A stretch of DNA of 53,433 nt from an uncultured Candidatus Saccharibacteria bacterium (GCA_964459265.1 CAYWKA010000003.1:1-53433); one strand, 5' to 3'; shown: positions 32,556-41,901, counted from the stretch's first letter. A program made the numbers and translations. Notes: generated by a model not told the origin, from the sequence alone.

Positions 32556-33451
32556 TTGAAAAAAAACGTCTAATCATTATTGATAGCAACTCTTTAATTC
32601 ATCGGGCTTATCATGCCTTACCTCCTTTAACTACAAAAAGAGGAGAATTGGTTAACGCTATCTACGGTTTTTTATTAGTTTTTTTGAAAGCAATTCGAGA
32701 GTTTCAGCCGGATTTCATTGCCGCTTGCTTTGATTTTCCCGCCCCAACTTTCCGTCACAAAAAATTTAAGGAATATAAAGCCAAAAGACTGCCCGCTCCA
32801 GAAGAGCTTTATCAGCAAATCCCAAAAGTGAAAGAACTTTTAAAAGGATTTAATGTCCAAATTTTTGAAAAAGAAGGCTACGAAGCCGACGATATTATTG
32901 GTACCATTTCTAAATTAGCTCCCCAAAAGCAGGTTCTTCCAGAGATTGAAACTATTATTTTAAGCGGGGATCTCGACACCCTTCAATTAGTTGACTCCCA
33001 TACTAAAGTTTATGTTTTAAGAAAAGGAGTTAAAGATACTATTTTATATAATAGAGAAGCGGTTGAAGAAAAATATCAAGGCCTTAACCCTTGGCAACTG
33101 CTCGATTTCAAAGCTCTCATGGGAGATCCTTCAGATAATATTCCCGGAGTAACCGGAATTGGTAAAAAAACAGCAACCGAGTTAATTAAGGAGTTCGGAA
33201 GCTTAGAAAATCTTTATCAAAATTTAGAAAGAAAGAGCGAAAAAACTGAAAAAATAAAACCAAAGATTAGAGAGATATTATTGAAATATAGAGAGCAAGC
33301 TTTTTTTAGTAAAACCTTAGTTCAGATTAAAAAAGATGTACCAATAGATTTTAATTTTAAAAAATGTAGTTTTGGTGAATACGATAAAAAAAAGGCGGCT
33401 CAGACCTTAAGGAATCTGGAATTTTATAGCTTACTTAATAAATTACCATAA
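32552..33451 (+). CDS. Stand-alone 5'-3' exonuclease / flap endonuclease (Pol I N-terminal domain homolog)
   Basis: LIIIDSNSLIHRAYHALPPL...GELVNAIYGF, EADDIIGT, and the H3TH region GDPSDNIPGVTGIGKKTA. 299 aa with no polymerase domain. Confidence 0.9.
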   Translation: MIEKKRLIIIDSNSLIHRAYHALPPLTTKRGELVNAIYGFLLVFLKAIREFQPDFIAACFDFPAPTFRHKKFKEYKAKRLPAPEELYQQIPKVKELLKGFNVQIFEKEGYEADDIIGTISKLAPQKQVLPEIETIILSGDLDTLQLVDSHTKVYVLRKGVKDTILYNREAVEEKYQGLNPWQLLDFKALMGDPSDNIPGVTGIGKKTATELIKEFGSLENLYQNLERKSEKTEKIKPKIREILLKYREQAFFSKTLVQIKKDVPIDFNFKKCSFGEYDKKKAAQTLRNLEFYSLLNKLP

Positions 33452-33455
33452 TCTT

Positions 33456-33487
33456 CTCTTAAAATTACTCCATTTAAGAGTTTTTTT
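33456..33487 (+). terminator. Rho-independent terminator after the 5'-3' exonuclease gene
   Basis: CTCTTAAA-ATTACTCCA-TTTAAGAG followed by TTTTTTT. Confidence 0.55.
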
Positions 33488-33493
33488 GTTTTC

Positions 33494-33502
33494 TGGTAAA
33501 AT
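33494..33502 (+). promoter_or_regulatory. Extended -10 box TGGTAAAAT ahead of the signalling island
   Basis: TGGTAAAAT lies 23 nt before ATG 33526 and immediately after the terminator. Confidence 0.45.
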
Positions 33503-33525
33503 AAAAGAAGATTAGAAAAACTAAA

Positions 33526-34149
33526 ATGAAAAGCAATAAAATTACAAGAAAAGAGGTAGAAGAAGCAATTTCAAATCCAGCCAAAATAAAAGGGCTTATT
33601 TTAAAAGAAGGAATTTATAAAGAGCTTAAAGAAAAATTAGGCAACGATGGGATAAAGATAGTTGAGAAAGAGGCTAAAGGTTTGGGGTTTTCTTTTTCTC
33701 CAGCAGAGATAAAAGACCTTGAATGGTATCCGGCTGGCACGCTAATCGGGATTTTTTTTATCTTACAGGAAAAATTTAATTTTAAAGAAAAGGATTTTGC
33801 TGAACTGGGAGAAATAGCACCAAAAATTTCTTCTACAATAAGATTACTGATGAAATACTTTGCTATTCCCGAAAAAATAGCCAAAATTGCTGCTCCTAGA
33901 TTATGGAAAAGGTTTTTTAATCAAGGTAAAGTTGAAGTTTGCGAATTCAAAGATTCTAAGACAGAAGGCTCTTTGATTGTTAGAGTAAAAGATTTTAAAT
34001 TGCATCCCTTACATTTTTTTTATCTAGGATATTATTTTCTGGGTATAACTAAGTTAGCAAAAAAATTCAAAGAAGTTAGAGTCAAAGAAACCAAGTCTCC
34101 TTTTGGGGGAGATGAATATCAGGAATACTTAATAAGATGGAAACATTAG
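33526..34149 (+). CDS. V4R/DUF2378-like (H-NOX-like clan) putative ligand-binding protein, paralog 1
   Basis: 207 aa. Shared paralog pattern WYP.G..., (R/A)RLW.R(F/Y)FN.G, FKLHPLH.FYL..(Y/F)F.GI.KL, ending VKETKSPFGGDEYQEYLIRW, which resembles the V4R C-terminal E-x-x-C-x-x-G-D-x-x-C motif with the Cys lost. Family call is tentative. Confidence 0.5.
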   Translation: MKSNKITRKEVEEAISNPAKIKGLILKEGIYKELKEKLGNDGIKIVEKEAKGLGFSFSPAEIKDLEWYPAGTLIGIFFILQEKFNFKEKDFAELGEIAPKISSTIRLLMKYFAIPEKIAKIAAPRLWKRFFNQGKVEVCEFKDSKTEGSLIVRVKDFKLHPLHFFYLGYYFLGITKLAKKFKEVRVKETKSPFGGDEYQEYLIRWKH

Positions 34150-34802
34150 CAATTATGGAAAAAAAATCTATAAAATTTTATATTCCGTCACTTGAAGAAA
34201 TAAAAAAAATAATGAAAATGCCTATAAAGGTAAGGGGTTCTGCTTTTGAAGGTGAATTAGAATATATTTTAAAAAAGAAAGGAGAAAAAGGATTAAAAGC
34301 AGTGGAGAAAAAAACAGAAGAGTTAGGTTACCCCATAAAATATAAAGAAATACAGGATACCAAGTGGTATCCGGTAGGTTTAAAAATGATTTCTGATTAT
34401 GCTTATCTAACCGTTTTTAATTGGGGGGAAAAAGAGATAGCTGAGATAGCGGAATCTTCAACAAAAGTTTCTTTTATTGTCAGGTTATTTATGAGACACT
34501 TTCTCTCTGTAGAGCAGATTTTTAGAGCTAGTGCTAGATTGTGGTCAAGATATTTTAATACCGGCCTCCTTGAAATAGTTGATTTTCATAATGTTGAAAA
34601 AAGAGGTGGTCACGGCTATGGTATTTTACGACTAAAGAATTTTAAACTGCATCCTCTTCACTGTTTCTATTTAAGCCATTTCTTTATAGGAATAGCAAAA
34701 TTAACAGACCCAAGATTGAAAGAAGTAAAGGCTGAAGAAACCAAATGTATGTTTAGAGGTGACGATTATCATGAATATTTATTAAAGTGGACCTATAAGT
34801 AA
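34137..34802 (+). CDS. V4R/DUF2378-like putative ligand-binding protein, paralog 2
   Basis: 221 aa and collinear with paralog 1 (...FKLHPLHCFYLSHFFIGIAKL...VKAEETKCMFRGDDYHEYLLKW). An alternative start at ATG 34155 would remove the 13-nt overlap. Confidence 0.5.
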   Translation: METLAIMEKKSIKFYIPSLEEIKKIMKMPIKVRGSAFEGELEYILKKKGEKGLKAVEKKTEELGYPIKYKEIQDTKWYPVGLKMISDYAYLTVFNWGEKEIAEIAESSTKVSFIVRLFMRHFLSVEQIFRASARLWSRYFNTGLLEIVDFHNVEKRGGHGYGILRLKNFKLHPLHCFYLSHFFIGIAKLTDPRLKEVKAEETKCMFRGDDYHEYLLKWTYK

Positions 34803-34812
34803 AAAAATATCA

Positions 34813-36624
34813 ATGATTGAAAAAGAATCTAAAAGGCAGGAGTTAGAAATATTAAAAGAAGATTTCGAGGACCTCAAAAAATATTTAGATGAATTAAGAG
34901 AAATTCTGCCCGTTTCAGTTTGTACTTTAAGTTCCTTTTTAGTGGTGGTTGATATGAATAAAACTGCAGAAATTCTGACCGGCTATGCTCCCTTGGAAAT
35001 AATAGGACAACACGTTGGAGTACTTTTTTATCCCCAAAAAGATATAGTAAAACTCCTCGAAGAGGTTCAGAACAAAGAAAGAATTAGAGAAAAAGAAACC
35101 ACCCTAGTTACTAAAAATAAAGAAAAAATTCCAGTTTCTATTTCTATTTCTTTGAGAAAAGATCCAAAAGGAAACCCGATCGGTTACTTTTTAACCATTA
35201 TTGACCTTTCTAAGATTAAAAAGTATCAAAAACAGTTGGAGAAATATACTAAGGAATTAGAAGAGGCTAAGACTGCTTCAGATATAAGAGCGGAAGCAAT
35301 AACTAGGGAGTTGAGTGGGCTGACTAAAAACTTAGAGCATAAGATTGAAGAGAGAACGTTAGAGTTAGAACAATCAAAGAAGGCCTTGACTAATATGTTA
35401 GAGGATACGGAAGAGGCCCGAAAGATAGCTGAAGAAAGAACAAAAGAAGCAGAAGAAAGAGCAAAAGAATTGGAGGAAAGAACTCAAGAATTAGAAAAAT
35501 TAAGAACCGCTCTAGCGAATATATTAGAGGACGTTGATAAGTTAAGGGTTCTGGCCGAAGAAGAAAGAGATAAAACTAGAGCCATTATTACTAATTTTGC
35601 TGACGGTTTGGTAGTTCTGGACAAAAAAAATCGGATTACTTTAATTAATCCTGAGGGAAAAAGTTTACTTGGAGTTGGAGCAGAGGAAGTGGAAGGGAAA
35701 ATTCTCGACACTCTTACTGAAAAATCACCGTTTAAAAAACTTGCTGCGTTATTAAAAAAGAAAGAAGGAGGGAAGGCTTTATCTAGAGAAGAACTTTCTT
35801 TTAAAGAACCCCCTGAACAAATCTTAGAAATCACCAGTGTTTCTTTAGCTCCTCGAGAAGAAACGGTTATAATTTTGCACGATATTAGCCGAGAGAAAAT
35901 GGTAGAAAGATTAAAAACAGAATTTGTTTCTCTGGCTGCTCACCAGCTAAGGACTCCTCTATCGGCGATTAAATGGACCTTAAGAATGCTGTTAGATGGA
36001 GATCTTGGGGAGATAACCAAAGAACAGAAAGATTTTATTGAAAAGACTTATCAAAGCAACGAAAGAATGATTTCTTTAATCAACGACCTTTTAAATGTAA
36101 CCAGAATTGAAGAAGGAAGGTATCTTTACCGGCCCCAACTCGCCCAGATTGAAGAGGTAGTTCAATTTGTTATAACTTCTTATCAGGATGAAGTTAAAAA
36201 GAAAAAACTTAAACTTGAATTTAAAAAACCCACAAAGAAATTACCAGAAGTAAAAATAGATATTGAGAAAATGAGACTGGCTATTCAGAACTTTCTTGAT
36301 AATGCTATAAGATATACTCCTTCTGGCGGGAAAGTGACAGTATCTATAAGAGATACCAAAAAGAGCATAGAGTTCCAAATTCAGGATACGGGGATAGGAA
36401 TTCCCAAAGATCAGCAAGAGAGAGTATTTACTAAGTTTTTCCGGGCAGCTAATGCGATACGATCAGAAACCGAAGGCTCCGGTCTGGGTCTTTACATCAC
36501 AAAAAATATTATTGAAGCTCACGGTGGTAAAACTTGGTTTGAATCTGAAGAAGGGAAAGGCGCCACCTTTTATTTTACGATTCCCATTAAAGAGAAATTT
36601 ACAGAATTTTTAAAAACGTTCTAA
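34813..36624 (+). CDS. Soluble PAS-coiled coil-PAS sensor histidine kinase
   Basis: No TM segment. H-box FVSLAAHQLRTPLSAIKW, N-box NFLDNAIRYTP, G-boxes IQDTGIGIP and GSGLGLYITKNIIEAHGG. The central coiled coil carries repeated AL.N(M/I)LED motifs. Confidence 0.9.
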   Translation: MIEKESKRQELEILKEDFEDLKKYLDELREILPVSVCTLSSFLVVVDMNKTAEILTGYAPLEIIGQHVGVLFYPQKDIVKLLEEVQNKERIREKETTLVTKNKEKIPVSISISLRKDPKGNPIGYFLTIIDLSKIKKYQKQLEKYTKELEEAKTASDIRAEAITRELSGLTKNLEHKIEERTLELEQSKKALTNMLEDTEEARKIAEERTKEAEERAKELEERTQELEKLRTALANILEDVDKLRVLAEEERDKTRAIITNFADGLVVLDKKNRITLINPEGKSLLGVGAEEVEGKILDTLTEKSPFKKLAALLKKKEGGKALSREELSFKEPPEQILEITSVSLAPREETVIILHDISREKMVERLKTEFVSLAAHQLRTPLSAIKWTLRMLLDGDLGEITKEQKDFIEKTYQSNERMISLINDLLNVTRIEEGRYLYRPQLAQIEEVVQFVITSYQDEVKKKKLKLEFKKPTKKLPEVKIDIEKMRLAIQNFLDNAIRYTPSGGKVTVSIRDTKKSIEFQIQDTGIGIPKDQQERVFTKFFRAANAIRSETEGSGLGLYITKNIIEAHGGKTWFESEEGKGATFYFTIPIKEKFTEFLKTF

Positions 36625-36830
36625 TGAAACCCACTATGGTGCCTTCCTTTTTCTGGACTTGCTGATACGTTGACTGTTTTTGTATTCGGTTTTTTAGTTT
36701 ATCTTCCTGTTGGAAAAATTTTAATAATATTCTAAAATTAATAAAGAAACCATCTCTTGGCCGAGAAATAAAGACGGAAGAATGGTTAAAAGCCAACTAA
36801 AGGTCGGAAAAAAAAATTATATAAAAAAAT

Positions 36831-37844
36831 ATGAGCAAAAAATCATTAATCAGATTAATTATATTCTTATTAATAGTAGTGGTAATTGGAGTATACTTTT
36901 TAGTAATACAAAGAGCCGAAGAACTCTCTCCAAAGGTCTATCGGGTAGGTATTCTATCTGGCTTAAGTTATGCTGCTGAGGCAGCCGACGGTTTTAAAAC
37001 CGGAATGGCCGAGTTGGGTTACTTAGAGGGTGAGAATATCATTTATGACTACCAGGAAACAGACTTTGACATGACTGGATACAGAAGAATACTTAAGAAA
37101 TTCGTGGAAGACCAAGTTGACTTGATTTTCGTTTTTCCTACCGAAGCCACTCAAGAAGCCAAGATAGCCACTCAGGGGACAGAAATCCCCGTGGTGTTTA
37201 CCATTGCCAACATAGAAGGTACTGGTCTGGTTGAGAGTGTGACCGAGCCCGGGGGAAATATCACTGGTGTTCGCTACCCCGGCCCGGACATCGCCCTCCA
37301 ACGCTTCGAGATTATGCGTGAACTGGCGCCAGAGGCCAAACGAATATGGATACCCTATCAACGAGGTTATCCTATTGTCGCCAGTCAGTTGGAGGTATTG
37401 TATTTGGCGGCCGAAGCGGTCGGTATCACCTTAATAGAAGCTCCGGCTGACAATGCAGCAGAAGTCCAGGCTCTTCTTGATGAGCGAGCTAAGTTAGATG
37501 ATATTGGTCTGGATGCCATTCTGGCTTTAGCTGAACCTCTTTATGTGACTCCCGATGCTTTTTTAGCAATGTGTCAATTCGCGGCTGAGCATAAAATTCC
37601 CAACGCCGGCGCTTTAATAGAAGTAGAAGGTTGTGGGTCTCTTTTTGGCGTCCATATTCATAACTTCAATACTGGAAAGCAAGTAGCTCCCCTGGCTGAT
37701 AAAATATTAAAAGGTACTCCAGCTGGTAACATCCCGGTTGTTTCAGCCGAGCCCTACTTTCAGCTTAATTACAAAGTGGCTCAGGAGATGGGGCTAACAG
37801 TGCCTGAGGGTTTATTGGAGAGGGCAGACGAGATAATTCGTTAA
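36831..37844 (+). CDS. Membrane-anchored ABC-type substrate-binding protein (ABC_sub_bind family), paralog 1
   Basis: N-terminal TM anchor, then YRVGILSGL...DLIFVFPTEATQEAK...IPVVF...GGNITGVRYP...IPYQRGYP..., typical of the PF04392-type periplasmic binding fold. No permease or ATPase gene nearby. Confidence 0.75.
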   Translation: MSKKSLIRLIIFLLIVVVIGVYFLVIQRAEELSPKVYRVGILSGLSYAAEAADGFKTGMAELGYLEGENIIYDYQETDFDMTGYRRILKKFVEDQVDLIFVFPTEATQEAKIATQGTEIPVVFTIANIEGTGLVESVTEPGGNITGVRYPGPDIALQRFEIMRELAPEAKRIWIPYQRGYPIVASQLEVLYLAAEAVGITLIEAPADNAAEVQALLDERAKLDDIGLDAILALAEPLYVTPDAFLAMCQFAAEHKIPNAGALIEVEGCGSLFGVHIHNFNTGKQVAPLADKILKGTPAGNIPVVSAEPYFQLNYKVAQEMGLTVPEGLLERADEIIR

Positions 37845-37886
37845 ATCTAGCCAAAGGTTGTAGTTTAAAATTAATAAAATACTATT

Positions 37887-38891
37887 ATGTCCAAATCAAA
37901 ATTAATTGTCAGTTTTTTAATAATTGTTTTATTGGTTGTTGGAGTTTACTTCCTATTATTACCCAAGAGAGAAGAGGGAAGGATCTATCGAGTAGGCATT
38001 TTATCTGGACTGGTTTTTGCTGAAGATGCAGCGGACGGTTTCAAGGCCGGGATGGAAAAACTGGGCTATATTGAGGGCAAAAACATTATCTATGACCTTC
38101 AGAAAACAGACTTTGATATAACTGAGTACAGGAGAATACTCAAGAAATTCGTGGAAGACAAGGTTGACTTGATTTTCGTCTTTCCCACCGAAGCATCTCA
38201 AGAGGCGAAGGCAGCCACCCAAGGGACGGGTATCCCTGTAGTCTTCTCAGTTGCCAATATAGAAGATACTGGTCTGATAGAGAGCGTGGCCGAGCCCGGA
38301 GGAAATATCACTGGCGTTCGCTACCCCGGTCCGGACATCGCCCTCCAACGCTTTGAAGTTATGCGCGAACTAGCACCGGAAACTAAACATATGTTAATAC
38401 CTTATCAACGAGGTTATCCTATTGTCGCCAGTCAGTTGGAGGCATTGCGTCCGGTAGCGGCAGCCGCGGGTGTAACCTTGACCGAGCTTCCTGCCGATGA
38501 TGCAGCAGAAGTTAAAACCAGTCTAGAGGCGCTTATCGCATCTGGTGATATTAGCATAGACGCAATCCTTATCATACCTGAGCCCCTTGGCGTGACGGCT
38601 GAACCCTTTCTGGAATTAGCCCGCTTTGCGGCTGAACAGAAGATTCCAATTGGTGGGGCCTTGATGGAGGTGGAGGGTTATAGTTCTCTTTTCGATATTG
38701 GAATTAACCACTTCAAAACAGGCGAACAAGCAGCACCCTTGGCTGATAAGGTTCTTAGAGGTACTCCAGCTGGCGCAATAATAGTTGTTTCATCTGAAAC
38801 TTTCCTGAAGTTCAACTACAAATTGGCTCAAGAATTAGGATTGACAGTATCTAAAGGCTTATTAGAGAGGGCGACTGAGATAATTCGTTAA
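37887..38891 (+). CDS. Membrane-anchored ABC-type substrate-binding protein, paralog 2
   Basis: Collinear with paralog 1, with near-identical nucleotide stretches (e.g. 37260-37330 versus 38290-38360). Confidence 0.75.
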   Translation: MSKSKLIVSFLIIVLLVVGVYFLLLPKREEGRIYRVGILSGLVFAEDAADGFKAGMEKLGYIEGKNIIYDLQKTDFDITEYRRILKKFVEDKVDLIFVFPTEASQEAKAATQGTGIPVVFSVANIEDTGLIESVAEPGGNITGVRYPGPDIALQRFEVMRELAPETKHMLIPYQRGYPIVASQLEALRPVAAAAGVTLTELPADDAAEVKTSLEALIASGDISIDAILIIPEPLGVTAEPFLELARFAAEQKIPIGGALMEVEGYSSLFDIGINHFKTGEQAAPLADKVLRGTPAGAIIVVSSETFLKFNYKLAQELGLTVSKGLLERATEIIR

Positions 38892-38970
38892 GGTATCACA
38901 CTAGCTAAAAGTTAAATAAAGGGATCCAGTCCTCCTCAAGGTCGGAAAATAAATTTATATAAAAAAATAT

Positions 38971-39972
38971 ATGAGCAAAAAATTATTAATTGGACTAATA
39001 ATTGTTGTATTGGTAGTGATTGGAGGGTATTTTCTATTAACTGAGAAAGAAGAAGCACCCAAGGTTTACCGGGTCGGCGTCCTTTGGACTGGTGGGGATT
39101 TCTTTATCGATCTGTTTGATGCCTTCAAAGAGAAAATGACAGAACTGGGTTATATTGAGGGCCAGAATATAGTTTACGATGTGTATGAAGCTCCTGAGCC
39201 GGTTGGGAATGAGCAAACCGTTCAAAAATTTATAGACGAAAAAGTTGATCTGATATTCTCGTTTGCAACCGAAGCAACCGTGGAGGCTAAGAAAGTCGCC
39301 GCGGGGACAGGAATCCCGGTTGTCTTTAGTTGCGCTTTCATAGAAGGTACTGGTCTGGTAGATAGTGTACGCACTCCTGGCGGCAATATCACTGGCGTTC
39401 GCTACCCCACCACTGAAAGCGCTACCGGTCGTCTGGAATTCTTACACGAGATAGCGCCCCAGGTTAAACGAGTCTGGATACCTTGTCTTAAAGATTATCC
39501 AACGGTTTCTTCTCAATTTGAAGCAATGGAGCCGGTAGCCTCATCTTTAGGGATGACCTTGATACCCGGGCTTTTCACTAGTCCGGCGGAAGTTAAAGCT
39601 TATCTTGATGAACGCGCTGCTTCGGCTGATATCGGTATGGACGCCATTATCATGCTGGCTGAACCTTTTTCTATCACACCTGAGGTTACTGAGTTAGTAT
39701 TTAAGTTTGCCGATGAGTATAGATTGCCTGTTAGCAGTGCTATGGTTTTTAAAGAAACCTATGGACCCATCATTGGTTTTCATCCTACTAATACCAAAAT
39801 GGGCAGTTTGGCTGCGCCTCTGGTCGACAAAGTTCTAAAGGGCATACCGGCTGGCACAATCCCTGTTGTTACAGCTGACAATGATCTGCGCCTAAATTAT
39901 AAACTTATCCAAGAGCTAGGATTAACCGTGAGCGAAGGCTTATTGATGAGGGCGACTGAGATAATTCGTTAA
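38971..39972 (+). CDS. Membrane-anchored ABC-type substrate-binding protein, paralog 3 (more divergent)
   Basis: Same architecture and motifs (YRVGVLW..., DLIFSFATEATVEAK, GGNITGVRYP, ending RATEIIR). Its upstream leader is similar to that of paralog 1. Confidence 0.75.
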   Translation: MSKKLLIGLIIVVLVVIGGYFLLTEKEEAPKVYRVGVLWTGGDFFIDLFDAFKEKMTELGYIEGQNIVYDVYEAPEPVGNEQTVQKFIDEKVDLIFSFATEATVEAKKVAAGTGIPVVFSCAFIEGTGLVDSVRTPGGNITGVRYPTTESATGRLEFLHEIAPQVKRVWIPCLKDYPTVSSQFEAMEPVASSLGMTLIPGLFTSPAEVKAYLDERAASADIGMDAIIMLAEPFSITPEVTELVFKFADEYRLPVSSAMVFKETYGPIIGFHPTNTKMGSLAAPLVDKVLKGIPAGTIPVVTADNDLRLNYKLIQELGLTVSEGLLMRATEIIR

Positions 39973-40026
39973 TACGTTAAATTTTGAAATAAACCTTGTT
40001 AAAAATCCTGCTTAAAGTAAATTGTT

Positions 40027-41331
40027 ATGGTAATTACTAACCAAGAGAAAAAAATAAGGAAATTCCGGAGCCTAAGAGTAACTTTAGCTATTGCTTTTTT
40101 AACCTTAAGCGCGGCAGTTTTACTGGTTGCCGGTGGTTTGCAGATGTATTTCAGTTTTCGCGCCCAACAAAGAATCATTGCCGAACAACAGCAACTCATC
40201 GCTAAAGATGCAGCTAATACAGTCAAGAGTTTTATTATAGAGAAATTTAGTATTTTGGAGAAAGTAGTCACTCTTGGTGGCAGGCTGGCAATTGTTGGCC
40301 AGAAAGAACAGAAGCTAACATTAGAAGAATTGCTTGGTAAAGAGCTTTCCTTCCGCCAATTAATTTTATTTAATACAGAAGGACGGGAATTAGTAAAAGC
40401 CTCCCGCCTTTCAGAATTATTGTCAGAGCAATTAATAAAGTATGATAAAGATGAACTTTTTTCCAAGGTCAGCCAGAAAGAAATATACATCAGCTCTGTA
40501 TATATTGACGAAATGACCAGTGAGCCAATGGTAGTAATGGCTGTTCCGCTGACAGATGTCTTCGGTGATTTCAGAGGAATCTTAATGGCCGAAGTAAACT
40601 TGAAATTCATGTGGGATACAGTAGCTACGATAAAGATCGGTGAGGCAGGTCTGGCTTATGTGGTCGATAAGGACGGCGATTTGATAGCTTTTAATGACAT
40701 CGCCCGTGTTTTAAGAGGAGAAAACTTAATTCATCTTAAAGAGGTGAGTGAATTCGTTAAGGGTGAGGACTTGACCTATCAGCCCGGGGCTGATATATCA
40801 AAAGGTATCCAAGATACTTATGTTATATCTAATCATGCCCATCTTGTTACACCCGATTGGGCAGTGGTGGTTGAATTGCCGGCCTTAGAAGCATACCAAG
40901 CAGTGATTTATGGGATAGGACTATCAATAGGGATTATTATTCTAAGTGCCATCTTTGCTGCTTGGATTGGCTTCTATCTTTCAGCAAGAATTACTAAACC
41001 AATAATAAGTTTAAGAAACGCCGCCATTGAAATAGGTAAAGGAAAACTAGATACAAAAATAGAAATTAAAACCAAGGATGAAATAGGAGAACTAGCTGCC
41101 GCCTTTGACCAGATGACTAAGGATTTACAGGAATCAAGGGTAGAACTGGAAAAATACAGTAAGGAATTAGAAAAAAAAGTTAGAGAGAGAACAAAAGAAT
41201 TAGAATCAAAAATGGCAGAATTAGAAAGGTTCAATAAGCTGGCAGTCGGCCGAGAATTAAAGATGGTCGAACTTAAAAAAACTATAAAAAAACTAGAGGA
41301 ACAGTTGAAAAAGACTAAACCAGCAAGTTAA
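40027..41331 (+). CDS. Membrane sensor: TM - Cache-like extracytoplasmic domain - TM - HAMP - signalling coiled coil, with no output domain
   Basis: Two TM helices flank a ~270-aa domain (…AYVVDKDGDLIAFND…). HAMP: RITKPIISLRNAAIEIGKGKLDTKIEIKTKDEIGELAAAFDQMTKDL. The protein ends in the coiled coil ELERFNKLAVGRELKMVELKK. Confidence 0.8.
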   Translation: MVITNQEKKIRKFRSLRVTLAIAFLTLSAAVLLVAGGLQMYFSFRAQQRIIAEQQQLIAKDAANTVKSFIIEKFSILEKVVTLGGRLAIVGQKEQKLTLEELLGKELSFRQLILFNTEGRELVKASRLSELLSEQLIKYDKDELFSKVSQKEIYISSVYIDEMTSEPMVVMAVPLTDVFGDFRGILMAEVNLKFMWDTVATIKIGEAGLAYVVDKDGDLIAFNDIARVLRGENLIHLKEVSEFVKGEDLTYQPGADISKGIQDTYVISNHAHLVTPDWAVVVELPALEAYQAVIYGIGLSIGIIILSAIFAAWIGFYLSARITKPIISLRNAAIEIGKGKLDTKIEIKTKDEIGELAAAFDQMTKDLQESRVELEKYSKELEKKVRERTKELESKMAELERFNKLAVGRELKMVELKKTIKKLEEQLKKTKPAS

Positions 41332-41441
41332 AGATGAAATTTCATAATTTTATTTCACCTTACTGGTTGAAAACGACAACCCATCCGCTGTATCCTCCCC
41401 TTAGCTTTGCTAAGTAAAACGCTTGCCAGACCTCTTTCGCA

Positions 41442-41450
41442 TGGTAAAAT
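41442..41450 (+). promoter_or_regulatory. Extended -10 box TGGTAAAAT, 8 nt before the response-regulator ATG
   Basis: TGGTAAAAT at 41442-41450 and ATG at 41459. No Shine-Dalgarno sequence in between. Confidence 0.45.
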
Positions 41451-41458
41451 AAAATAAC

Positions 41459-41830
41459 ATGGCCAAAAGAATCTTAATCGTTGAGGATGAAGAAATTATA
41501 ACTAGTCTCCTCCAAAAAAAATTAGCTAAAGAAGGCTACGAAATCTCAATAGCCCGAGAGGGAGAAACAGGGCTTAAGATGATGAGAGAAGAAAAGCCCG
41601 ATCTTGTTTTACTCGATATTATTATGCCAAAGATGGGAGGACTTGAGGTTATGGAAGAAATGGCGAAAGACAGAAGAATAAAAGGTATCCCAGTAATTGT
41701 TATTTCTAATTCTGGCCAACCCGTGGAAATCGACCGAGCCCAAAAATTAGGAGCAAAAGATTGGTTAATTAAAACAGAATTTGACCCTCAAGAAGTAATC
41801 GATAAAGTAGTGAAACAGATAGGTAAATAA
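41459..41830 (+). CDS. Stand-alone response-regulator receiver (CheY-like)
   Basis: ILIVEDEE..., phospho-acceptor context LVLLDIIMPKMGG, VIVISN, K in AKDWLIKT. 123 aa with no output domain. Confidence 0.9.
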   Translation: MAKRILIVEDEEIITSLLQKKLAKEGYEISIAREGETGLKMMREEKPDLVLLDIIMPKMGGLEVMEEMAKDRRIKGIPVIVISNSGQPVEIDRAQKLGAKDWLIKTEFDPQEVIDKVVKQIGK

Positions 41831-41901
41831 GTAATCCCTCAACCCTTACTTATCTTTTGTTGCTTCGCCCCTATTTTTTCCACGCGGGGATTACAAAGAC
41901 T

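Noticed and set aside
36599-36979. 65-aa ORFs on both strands in the kinase-to-binding-protein spacer
   Set aside because: They have low-complexity sequence, overlap the better SBP start region, and have no SD. The spacer more likely holds a promoter-like element (TTGGAA-N17-TAAAAT around 36710-36738) and a leader. I did not list that element as a feature because such matches are frequent in AT-rich DNA.
39999-40610. 203-aa minus-strand ORF antisense to the Cache-HAMP gene
   Set aside because: It is fully embedded in a plus-strand gene that has clear domain motifs, and it has no recognisable features of its own.
41333-41346. 12-nt palindrome ATGAAATTTCAT after the HAMP gene as a terminator
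   Set aside because: It gives only a 4-bp stem once a minimal loop is allowed, and the T-tract is weak. This is too marginal to call.
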